DNA from: Archangiaceae bacterium
GTDB lineage: Bacteria; Myxococcota; Myxococcia; Myxococcales; Myxococcaceae
DNA: 12,455 nucleotides
Reading direction: 5' to 3'
NCBI GenBank assembly: GCA_043750125.1
Contig: JAYVCD010000301.1
Span: 1-12,455, forward strand
The notes under the pieces were generated by a model, which searched no databases, was not told where the DNA came from, and saw only the letters and a program-made list of their open reading frames with translations. The position numbers were made by a program, and so were the translations under genes. Each line of letters begins with the position of its first letter. Positions within the stretch are counted from its first letter, which is position 1. Shown piece after piece: positions 1-8,138 of the stretch.

Positions 1-49
1 CCCAGAGCTCTGGCGCTTTGTCGTCGGCGGCGTCGGCCACCCACCTCAT
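1..49 (-). CDS. 5' end of a gene of unknown function running off the left edge (MRWVADAADDKAPELW...)
   Basis: Minus-strand ATG at 49-47, with a perfect AGGAGG Shine-Dalgarno (62-57) 7 nt upstream. The frame stays open to the window edge. Not in the ORF track; only 16 codons are visible. Confidence 0.55.
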   Translation of the reverse strand, partial: MRWVADAADDKAPELW

Positions 50-204
50 CTCGGTGCCTCCTGAAACCCTGGTGTTGGCTGTGGGGGACCCAATCACTCT
101 GATTCCGGTCAGTTGGAGTGGGGGGTGAGGCTCAGGGAAACCTTTGTTCGACTTGCGCATATATCCGGGGACTCGTAAGCCGAGGAAGAGGGCCCCCATC
201 CGCG

Positions 205-879
205 ATGAACGACACCACCATGCTGCCCACGCGCAAGCACTCGGCCCACCTCGAGCGGTTTTCCGAGTCGGAACTTCCCACCGCGCGCGGCACCTTCCGA
301 ATCATCGTTTTTCGCGACAAGCGCAACGAGCGCGAGCACGTGGCGATGGTGCGCGGATCAGTCGCGGGGCACGACGGAGTGCCGGTGCGGATTCACTCCG
401 AATGCATCACCAGCGAAGTCTTTGGCAGCCTCAAGTGCGACTGCCGCGCTCAGCTCGATCGCGCGCTCGACTTCATCGCCCAACATCCGTGCGGAGTGCT
501 GGTCTACCTGCGCCAGGAAGGACGCGGCATCGGGCTCGGGAACAAGATCAAGGCCTACGCGCTGCAGGACCAGGGCCTCGACACCGTCGAAGCAAATTTG
601 AAACTCGGCTTCCCCGACGACATCCGCCGTTATGACATCGCATCAGAAATCCTTCGCAGCCTTGGAGTGAAGTCCGTCGACCTGATTACCAACAACCCGC
701 TGAAGATCGCCGGCCTCATCGATGAGGGCATTCCGGTGCAGCGCCGTATTCCATCTCGCACCCTGTCGACCCCGTTCAATGCCGAGTACCTCAAGACCAA
801 GCGCGACCGCTCGGGCCACCTGCTCGATCTCGAGCCTGCGGCCCCGTCGGAAACCAAGTCCGCGACGAAGATCCGCTGA
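205..879 (+). CDS. ribA: GTP cyclohydrolase II (stand-alone RibA)
   Basis: Motifs RIHSECxTxxxFGSLKCDC (three Zn-binding Cys), YLRQEGRGIGLxNKxxAYxLQD, DTVEAN, LITNNPxK and YLxTKxxxxGH. Start placed at ATG 205 behind purine-rich GAGGAAGAGGG (182-192); ATG 220 is an alternative. The ORF-track extension from 118 does not look like RibA sequence. Confidence 0.95.
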   Translation: MNDTTMLPTRKHSAHLERFSESELPTARGTFRIIVFRDKRNEREHVAMVRGSVAGHDGVPVRIHSECITSEVFGSLKCDCRAQLDRALDFIAQHPCGVLVYLRQEGRGIGLGNKIKAYALQDQGLDTVEANLKLGFPDDIRRYDIASEILRSLGVKSVDLITNNPLKIAGLIDEGIPVQRRIPSRTLSTPFNAEYLKTKRDRSGHLLDLEPAAPSETKSATKIR

Positions 880-929
880 GCCACGATATTTCTTTCGCGG
901 CCTGACCAACCCTCTTAACCTCGACCCCT

Positions 930-1835
930 GTGAGCCCATCGCCGAGGAAGACTCGGAAGCCAGGCCCGGCGTCACCCCGGAAGAAGAGCCAGCAAAACAA
1001 CGGGCTCGTGGGCTTCAGTGTGTGCTGTTGGGGAGTGCGCGGGTCGATTCCCGCCCCCGGCGGCGCGACCGCGAAGTACGGCGGAAATACCCCCTGCGTC
1101 GAAGTGCGATGCGGCGCTGAGCGGTTGATCTTCGATCTCGGCACCGGAGCGCGCGCCCTCGGAGTGGCCAACGCGGGCGCCCCGATGACCGGCCATATTT
1201 TCTGCACCCACTACCACTACGACCATCTGCAGGGGCTGCCGTTCTTCTCGCCAGTCTTCGACCCTCGAAGCCGATTTACGATCATGGGTCCCACCCGCAA
1301 CGGCCGGACGGTGAAGGACGTGATCGTGGGCCAGATGCAGCAGCCCTACTTTCCCGTCACCGCTGAAATGGTCTTCCGCGCCCAGCTCGACTACCTGCCT
1401 TTCGCCGAAGGCGATCGCCATCTGATCGGCGAGGTGCTCGTGACGGCTCTCGAGGTCAATCACCCCGGCGGGAACCTGAGCTACCGCATCGATTACCGCG
1501 GAAAGGCGGTCGTCTTCGCCACCGATCACGAGCACGGCACGGATCGCGATGGGCAGCTGCAGAAGTTCGCGCTCGGCGCTGACGTGATGATCTACGACGC
1601 GATGTACTCAGAGGACGAGTACCGCGGGAAAAGCGGGCCTCCGAAGATTGGCTGGGGTCACTCGACCTGGCAACACGCCGCGAAGATCGCCAACGGGGCG
1701 AAGGTCAAACAGTTGCTGCTCTACCACCATGATCCCACCCGCTCGGACGCCGAGCTCGATGCGATTGTGAAACAGGTGCGTCGGTTGCGCCCTGAAGCGC
1801 TCGCCGCCCGCGAAGGTCACACCCTCGAGCTGTAG
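930..1835 (+). CDS. MBL-fold metallo-hydrolase (TaR3-like / RNase Z-phosphodiesterase-like)
   Basis: WGVRGSIPxPG...YGGNTPCVEV, DLGTG, THYHYDH (HxHxDH), NHPGG, TDHEH, YDAMY, GWGHST and HHDP motifs. The GTG start at 930 is uncertain because the N-terminal ~25 aa are low-complexity and basic. Confidence 0.9.
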   Translation: MSPSPRKTRKPGPASPRKKSQQNNGLVGFSVCCWGVRGSIPAPGGATAKYGGNTPCVEVRCGAERLIFDLGTGARALGVANAGAPMTGHIFCTHYHYDHLQGLPFFSPVFDPRSRFTIMGPTRNGRTVKDVIVGQMQQPYFPVTAEMVFRAQLDYLPFAEGDRHLIGEVLVTALEVNHPGGNLSYRIDYRGKAVVFATDHEHGTDRDGQLQKFALGADVMIYDAMYSEDEYRGKSGPPKIGWGHSTWQHAAKIANGAKVKQLLLYHHDPTRSDAELDAIVKQVRRLRPEALAAREGHTLEL

Positions 1836-1852
1836 GTCGTCGGGGGGCGACC
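1835..1852. terminator. Possible small hairpin/terminator between convergent genes
   Basis: GGTCGTC-GGGG-GGCGACC forms a 7-bp stem with one G-U pair on the + strand, directly after the MBL stop. It is followed only by a weak T-rich tract (CACTTCGTTT). Confidence 0.3.
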
Positions 1853-1860
1853 CACTTCGT

Positions 1861-2055
1861 TCAACGGCGATCGGCAGTGTCCGCAGCCAGGCCCATCTCG
1901 GTGCCGGCTTGAACGAGCAGATCTTTCGCGCGCGCCGCATGGCCGCCCAAGGCGTGGCCATTGGCCACTTGTGCCGCATCGACTTTTTCCCAGGCGCCAC
2001 GCACCAGCTGTTGCGCGCTCGCCAGGTTTGCATGGCGAACCGCGCCATATTCCAA
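1861..2055 (-). CDS. Small helical hypothetical protein, possibly N-terminally truncated
   Basis: 64-aa ORF that fills the gap between the macroglobulin and MBL genes. Amphipathic, Ala-rich sequence RHANLASAQQLV...AQVANGHALGGHAARAKDLL. From memory it resembles small uncharacterised 'RHxNLxxAQ...GGHA' proteins (not verified). TTG start with no convincing RBS. Confidence 0.5.
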   Translation of the reverse strand: MEYGAVRHANLASAQQLVRGAWEKVDAAQVANGHALGGHAARAKDLLVQAGTEMGLAADTADRR

Positions 2056-2080
2056 GTCCTGAACCGTCGCAGCCTCAGCG

Positions 2081-5000
2081 TCATTTCCCGCCGGTCGCCA
2101 CGGTCAGCATGTGACCTTGCGAGTAGGCGGTGAACTCGGGTGCGTACATCGACTGCAGCGTGGCCGGGCCCACCCTGAAGGTTCCGCCGAGGTTCGCCCT
2201 CACCCGGTACTTGAAGTTGTATTCGCCCGCCGGAAGGTTCTCGAAGAAGAAGTTGGTTCCTGAGTCCCGGTATTCCTCGTACCAACCGATGCCCAGATCC
2301 CACCTAAAGCGCGAGACCGCGTTTTCCGGCTCGAAGCCCGCCCCTCGGGGGTCTCTGAGGTGCACGTATTCGGCCTGCGCTCGCGACCGAATCGACAGCT
2401 GCACTTCGAGCTCGTCGCCCGGCTCGAGCTTCGCTCCATCGGTCAGCGGCTGAAGCGTCGTCTCTTTGCCGGTCTTCAAGCGCTTGAAGTAGGTGCGCGA
2501 GACCTGAAACAAATCACCGCGTGCTTCTTTGGGCAGCTGCTCGGTCGAGAAATGCCACGTCGCCGATGCGAACTGAAAACCCTTCGTCGTCTTCGAGACC
2601 TTCACCGTCGACATCGTCTTTGGATCCACTTCCGGGCCGGGCACCACCAGCTGGTTCTTCTTTCCGGTGTACTCGTCCGGAAGGAAGACGAACTTCTTCT
2701 CGATCGGCCCCACCGTCACTTGAGACTCTTCGCGAATCCCCAAGGTCTTTTCGGCCTGCATGTACTTCACCAATGCGTAGATCACTTCGGCCGTTGCCCG
2801 AGTCGACTTCCAATGGTTCAGCTTCTTGTTGATCAACAACCACTGCACCAGGCCGTCGCGGCGTGGGTCTTTGGGCTGCAGCTCTGTCAGCGCCCGCAGC
2901 GCGAAGGCATGAGACTCGATCGTGTCGTTGTACCAAAGCCAGGCGCGATCTTCGGGCTGCCAGAAGGTGCCGTCGTCTTGCGTCGTCTTTGAAGAGTCCA
3001 TCACGCTGTCGAAGACCAGCTTCGCGTCGGCATCGCGCCGGGCGCGCTTGAGGCTCAACGCGAGGTAGGCCTTCAGGTAGGGCGAGTGCTGCTTCCAATG
3101 CCGAAAGCTGAAGTTCAACATCTCGGTGCGTTCGGCCGGGCTGAACGCACCGTGGGTCCAGCTCTCGTCGGGGTAGCTCGAGGCGACGTAGTTGAGGAAG
3201 GTGATGAATTCCCAACACGCGTCGCGCGCCATGCACCGCCGCCACTCGCCATGGAACTCGCCTGCCAGGTAGACCCACGCGCGCTGCACTGCGTCCTTCG
3301 GGACGTCGACCTTGAACTCGGCCGCTTTCGCAAACCCATGCGCGAGGTACAACGTCATGTACGGCGAAGGGGGGCCTCCGGCGAACCAGGGAAAACCTCC
3401 TCCCGCTGTCTGCGCCTTGCGAAGTCGCGTCAACGCAGAGGCCTGTTCCGAGGCCACCACTTTCGGGTCGAGCATGTTGATGAACGACTGATCGCCGCTC
3501 GGGTCCTTGCCGCCCTTTGCCTCATTGAGCCAGGGCGATTCTTCGAGCGCGAGCTTCCGGTTGGGATCCATCGCGTCGAACGTCTCGAGCGGAGTGCTGC
3601 GCCGGGCAAACCCCAGCGCCATCTTCGCCACCGCCGGATGATCCCGGAAAACGCTGCCGACGATTCCTGCGCTGAGGAACCGGTTCATCGTCTGCTCGGT
3701 GCACTCATAGGGGTAGCGCGCGAGGTACGGCAGCGCCTGGAGCACCGTGAAGAACAGCTGCGCATCGACGGTGACCACCAGTTGCTCGTTGATCCGCGAC
3801 GGATCGTCGTTCTTCGCCAGGTCGGCAAACGTCATCGTCCGCTCCTGGGCGTCTCGCACGGTCACGAACTTCGACTGGGCCAGGTGCATTCGTGAAGGAA
3901 GCAGGGGCATCGGGCGCAGCTCGCCGTCCGAGAAATCGCCCGACTTCGCCACCACCCGGAACGCCACCAGCCCCACCCGCTTCGGAGCGACGATCGGAAA
4001 CGTCAACGTCGCGCCTTCGCCCGCTTTGACCGAAAACGGTTGGGGGGCGGTCTGCGCGAGCGCGAACTCTTTCGAGAGGTCGGCCTGGGTCTCGGGGTCG
4101 AAGATCTCGAACTTCAGCTCGCCGCGCAGATCGTTCTTCGACGCATTGTTCACCACCACCTTGATCGCCGCCTGATCGCCTTCGCGCAGGTAGCGGGGAA
4201 GGTAGGGGCGAACCATCAGCTCTTTGACCGTTCGCGCCGTGGTCTGGGTCGACCCCCCGCGAAAGTCCTTGGTCACCGCGTGCGCCCAGACATTCCAGGC
4301 CGTCACTGAATCGGGGACCTGGAACTCGAACGAAGCGCTTCCGTTGGCATCGGTGATCAGCTGCGGAATGAAAAACGCGGTCTCGGCGAAGTTGCTGCGC
4401 ACCTCGACTGGCTTCGCTTCGCCCCCGGCCTCGCCCCGGCTGGGTTTGTCCTCGCTCATCGCTGAGCTGACCGAATCGGCCGCCTTCTCCTTCCCGTCGC
4501 TTCGGCTGTCCTCTTCGTTTCCCGCCATTCGAGCCGGAGCTGCAGCAGGCACGCTGGCCTCTTGAGGGGCGCCGCGCATCATCCGCGTTCCGGTGGCCTG
4601 GCTCTCTGGGAAACCGCCCCCGCCGGGGCCGGGGCCGCTCATCCCCAGCCCTCCGATTCCGTAAGAATCGAAGAACACCAACTGGTCGGATCTCAGCGGT
4701 GGGTAGCCCGGAAGGTTGAACCAGGTGCTCTGCGACAGCCAGATCGCGTTCGAGGTGTTGAGCGAATGCGTCACCCACGGCAAGCCGGTTCGACTGGCGT
4801 AGAGCGCCATCACGTTGGGCGGAGAATGCGGCCCGAACAGATCGAGCGACTGATCGAACATGTAGGCCAGCACTTCGGCCGCGCCCGCTTCGAGCGCCTT
4901 GCCCTGCGCTTTCACCGTCACCTTGAAGGTCTCTTTCGTGCCCGGACGCAGGGTGTCCCGAAAGGTGCTGAACGTGACGTCCAGTTCCTTGTTGTCGAAA

Positions 5001-8000
5001 GGCACCAGGATCGAGCTTTGAAACTGCAGCAACTGCCAGTCGCGCACTGCTGTGACCTGCACCGAGAAGCCACCGCGATCTTCGGCCGTCACCGGCCGCT
5101 CGAAGACCGCCGGGTCCTTGTTGCCGATGATCATCTTTCGTTCGATGCGCTTGCCGCCCCGGTAGACCTCGAGCAACACCCGCTGCCCCTCGAAACCCGA
5201 CCCGACCAGGAACCGCGCGGTCTGGCCGACCCTCAGCTGGGTGCTTTCGGTGAGCAGCAGCGCGGGCAGCTTGAGGTCGAACTTTCCGCCCGCGACCAGG
5301 AAGTCTTCCTGGGTCTGGAACTTCTCGCCCGCTTCGTCCTGGGTCACGTACACCAGGCGGTAGGCCCCCGCTTTGAGCTTGCCGAGAGTCGCGACCGCCA
5401 CTCCCTTCTCATCGTGGGTCAGCTCTCCGGCCGACAGCTGCGGGCCTTCTTTCCAGCCCCGCACTGTCGAAGTCCAATTCCAGCCGGTCTGCCACCGGGG
5501 CTTGATCGAGTCGCCCGGGCTGCGGTAGCCGTCGGACTTTTCTTCCTCTGGGCTTCGCGCAATCGGCTCTTCAGACGGCATCACCGTCCCCCCCGGTGCC
5601 GTCAGCGCGAGCAGCCGGAAGCTGCCTTTTCCCGCGCGGGGATTCCCGTCCAGATCCGTTCGGCGGGTGGTGACCACCGCCGCCTTCCCCTCGTTCAAGA
5701 ATTCTCCGTCGATGCTCGCGTGGGCTTCGATCGAGACCAGCCCCAGACGCGTCGCCTTGCTCGCCGACCGGGTCTCGCCGCCTTCATCGGTGATGTCCGC
5801 GTCGACAACGTAGCGGTAGGTCACGTCGCGCGAGAGCCTCGGGTCCGCCTCGGGCTTGAAGGTCACCTCGAACGTGCCATCGGCCTTCAAGGCTCCGACG
5901 CCGGTGGCGACGACTTGAGATCGCGGTGCCGGAGGGTTCCAGCCCCACCCGCCCCACCACCACGGCCACTGCGGCGTCCGCTGCACTCGCCAGCGCACCT
6001 GACCCGAGGTCACCGGCAACCCGAAGTAGTAGCGCGCCTCGCCCTGAAGGCTCGCGGCCGCGTTCAGCTTGAGCGCCTTCCCGGTGTCCTTGAACGCCAC
6101 GGTAAAGGTCGGCCGCTTGTATTCTTCGACCCGGACGTAGGCGGCCCCGTTGCCCGTCGTGACCTGCCACTGCCCCAGCAGGCGGCCGGTCGGAATCACG
6201 AACTCGCCGGCTGCCGAACCGAACGCGTTCGTCTTGATCGTCTTCTTCTCGACGACCTGCTGGTTCGGGTCCATCAGGTTGATCGTGAGTTCCCGGTTGG
6301 GAGCCGTCTGGAAGGCCGAACGATCGGCGTTGCCATGGTAGGCGACCACCTTCCAGAGCAACTTCTGCTGCGGTCGGTAGATGCTGCGATCGGTGTAGAC
6401 GAGGGTGGAATCGAATTCCGCACCTCCATTCGCATAGAAGCCGATGCCCTGCTGCTCGAGCGCAGCTTCGGTGCCTTTTCGGGCCACGACGAAGAACTGG
6501 CGATCGTTGGGCCGATTCCCTTTTGAAAATTTCACTGTGCCGGCAGAGCCGGTCGCCTGGCTCTCTTCTCTTTTTCGCTTCGAGTCGTACCGGTAGCTCC
6601 ACAGCTCGACGTTGGCGTCGGCGACCGGCTCTCCGCTGGCCCCGTCGACCACGGCCAATTCAATGGTCCCGTCCTGCGAGTGGCGCACGATCAGCACCAG
6701 CTTCGAGATGATCAGGTTGACCGCCACCAGGCGGTTGGACCCATCGGCGAAATCAGGCCGCGCGGAAGCGATCACCACCCACAGCCCGCTTTCGGTGATC
6801 GGGGGCGTCACGAAGGTCCGATGCGACTTGAAGTCCGGAGTCGGCGGAAGGCCCGTCGTCCAGCTGTGGTCGGCGGGCTTGGCCAACAGCGCCCGGACTT
6901 CGGTGTTGCTCGGCAACATCTGGTAGTCGGTGCGCGAGGTGACCCAGGGAATCAAGTCGACCCGGTGCGCCCGGAAGTACAGCGTCGGCAGATTTCGGGC
7001 GTTGATCTCGATCGAGCGTTTGCCCGTGCCGTCCGATTCCATCGCCAGCAGCCCGTAGTCCGGAGCCTCGATCGCCGCGACCAGGTGAACGCAGCGCCGC
7101 CCCCCGATGCTGGCCGGGAACGCCTTGGCCCCCGCTTGAGCAATCGCGCGGGCCTTCGCCAGAAGAGCCTCAGAGCGGTACCACTCGGCGAGGACGGCGC
7201 GGGCCATCGAGGACCAGGGAAGGTCCTTCAGCCCCTCGAGGCGGCCCTCGAGATCTGCCCGAATCGAGGCGCGCTGCTCGGAGTCGGTGGTGCTGGCGTA
7301 GAGCGCTTGCAGCCTTTCGATTCGCGCGTTGGCCGCCGCTTCGCGCTCGCCCTTCTTCTGGTGCCAACCCTCGAGATCGTCGAACAGCGCGCCGGCCCGC
7401 ACCAGGGGGTGCAGCTCGGCATTGCCGGGGTTGAAAGCCGTCGGCTGTTTGGTCTCGCCACGAATCAGCGCCGCGAAATCCAGCCGGAACTGCCCGTTGG
7501 ACTGCTCGGGAGTCCAGGTGCTCGAGTTCACCAGCGCCTGGGCCCACATGTACGTCACCGCATCGCGCAGGGTGGGCCGGATGTTGGGCGGGTAATCGTT
7601 GGCCACGAAGTACTCGGCCAGCGCGGCAATCGGCTTCTTCCCCAGCTCTTCGCGGTTCTTCCAGACTTCGGCGTACGCGCGGTGCATCTCGGCGTACAGC
7701 TGGTCCGCCGTCCACAACTTCAGGTCGACCGCTCCCTTGGTATCGATCTTTTCGCGCTGGCGAATTTCCCAGCTGTACTGCATTGCGTAGCGCCAGATCG
7801 CGTTCGCATAGAACAGGTTGACCGCGTCGTGGCCCATCGTCCCTTTGGGCCAGGGCTCTTCGCGCAGGCGCTTCACCGCCGTCTCGAACCCGCCCAGCGC
7901 GATGCGCAGCTGGGTCACCTTGATCAGCGCCCTCGCATGCTCGAGGTCATCGGTTCCGTTCTTCGCCGCGGAAAGTCGCTTCTCGGTCTGGGTGGCGGCG

Positions 8001-8092
8001 GCCTCCACCTTTTTTTCCGAGACGAGCTGGTCGATCTGCGCCCACGACGGAGTCTGGCCAAGCAGCGAAACAGCGAGAAGAAAGGGGATCAT
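2081..8092 (-). CDS. Bacterial alpha-2-macroglobulin family protein (~2003 aa), thioester-containing, probably secreted
   Basis: YTDRSIYRPQQ and VEEYKRPTF (MG-domain motifs), VRSNFAETAFF...FQVPDSVTAW...P(R)YLREGD (A2M domain), YPYECTEQ thioester motif (CTEQ at 3703-3692), GGFPWF, and C-terminal GEYNFKYRVRA...PATLQSMYAPE. Start set at ATG 8092 (hydrophobic MIPFLLAVSLLG). The ORF-track extension to 8380 overlaps the ABC gene. Confidence 0.95.
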   Translation of the reverse strand: MIPFLLAVSLLGQTPSWAQIDQLVSEKKVEAAATQTEKRLSAAKNGTDDLEHARALIKVTQLRIALGGFETAVKRLREEPWPKGTMGHDAVNLFYANAIWRYAMQYSWEIRQREKIDTKGAVDLKLWTADQLYAEMHRAYAEVWKNREELGKKPIAALAEYFVANDYPPNIRPTLRDAVTYMWAQALVNSSTWTPEQSNGQFRLDFAALIRGETKQPTAFNPGNAELHPLVRAGALFDDLEGWHQKKGEREAAANARIERLQALYASTTDSEQRASIRADLEGRLEGLKDLPWSSMARAVLAEWYRSEALLAKARAIAQAGAKAFPASIGGRRCVHLVAAIEAPDYGLLAMESDGTGKRSIEINARNLPTLYFRAHRVDLIPWVTSRTDYQMLPSNTEVRALLAKPADHSWTTGLPPTPDFKSHRTFVTPPITESGLWVVIASARPDFADGSNRLVAVNLIISKLVLIVRHSQDGTIELAVVDGASGEPVADANVELWSYRYDSKRKREESQATGSAGTVKFSKGNRPNDRQFFVVARKGTEAALEQQGIGFYANGGAEFDSTLVYTDRSIYRPQQKLLWKVVAYHGNADRSAFQTAPNRELTINLMDPNQQVVEKKTIKTNAFGSAAGEFVIPTGRLLGQWQVTTGNGAAYVRVEEYKRPTFTVAFKDTGKALKLNAAASLQGEARYYFGLPVTSGQVRWRVQRTPQWPWWWGGWGWNPPAPRSQVVATGVGALKADGTFEVTFKPEADPRLSRDVTYRYVVDADITDEGGETRSASKATRLGLVSIEAHASIDGEFLNEGKAAVVTTRRTDLDGNPRAGKGSFRLLALTAPGGTVMPSEEPIARSPEEEKSDGYRSPGDSIKPRWQTGWNWTSTVRGWKEGPQLSAGELTHDEKGVAVATLGKLKAGAYRLVYVTQDEAGEKFQTQEDFLVAGGKFDLKLPALLLTESTQLRVGQTARFLVGSGFEGQRVLLEVYRGGKRIERKMIIGNKDPAVFERPVTAEDRGGFSVQVTAVRDWQLLQFQSSILVPFDNKELDVTFSTFRDTLRPGTKETFKVTVKAQGKALEAGAAEVLAYMFDQSLDLFGPHSPPNVMALYASRTGLPWVTHSLNTSNAIWLSQSTWFNLPGYPPLRSDQLVFFDSYGIGGLGMSGPGPGGGGFPESQATGTRMMRGAPQEASVPAAAPARMAGNEEDSRSDGKEKAADSVSSAMSEDKPSRGEAGGEAKPVEVRSNFAETAFFIPQLITDANGSASFEFQVPDSVTAWNVWAHAVTKDFRGGSTQTTARTVKELMVRPYLPRYLREGDQAAIKVVVNNASKNDLRGELKFEIFDPETQADLSKEFALAQTAPQPFSVKAGEGATLTFPIVAPKRVGLVAFRVVAKSGDFSDGELRPMPLLPSRMHLAQSKFVTVRDAQERTMTFADLAKNDDPSRINEQLVVTVDAQLFFTVLQALPYLARYPYECTEQTMNRFLSAGIVGSVFRDHPAVAKMALGFARRSTPLETFDAMDPNRKLALEESPWLNEAKGGKDPSGDQSFINMLDPKVVASEQASALTRLRKAQTAGGGFPWFAGGPPSPYMTLYLAHGFAKAAEFKVDVPKDAVQRAWVYLAGEFHGEWRRCMARDACWEFITFLNYVASSYPDESWTHGAFSPAERTEMLNFSFRHWKQHSPYLKAYLALSLKRARRDADAKLVFDSVMDSSKTTQDDGTFWQPEDRAWLWYNDTIESHAFALRALTELQPKDPRRDGLVQWLLINKKLNHWKSTRATAEVIYALVKYMQAEKTLGIREESQVTVGPIEKKFVFLPDEYTGKKNQLVVPGPEVDPKTMSTVKVSKTTKGFQFASATWHFSTEQLPKEARGDLFQVSRTYFKRLKTGKETTLQPLTDGAKLEPGDELEVQLSIRSRAQAEYVHLRDPRGAGFEPENAVSRFRWDLGIGWYEEYRDSGTNFFFENLPAGEYNFKYRVRANLGGTFRVGPATLQSMYAPEFTAYSQGHMLTVATGGK

Positions 8093-8138
8093 GGCGGGGG
8101 GACCATAGACGCGCCCCCCTGCACAGCGGGTTCCGATT

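Noticed and set aside
2..13. Perfect 12-bp palindrome CCAGAGCTCTGG
   Set aside because: Single copy inside a probable coding region at the window edge; consistent with chance.
50..204. FMN riboswitch upstream of ribA
   Set aside because: I could not find the conserved RFN sequence blocks (e.g. GGGGTGAAATTCCCGACCG) on either strand.
1608..2303. 231-aa minus-strand ORF
   Set aside because: It overlaps two well-supported genes and its composition is not protein-like.
4562..6526. 654-aa plus-strand ORF
   Set aside because: Antisense shadow of the macroglobulin gene. It has no recognisable motifs, and such ORFs are expected from high-GC codon bias.
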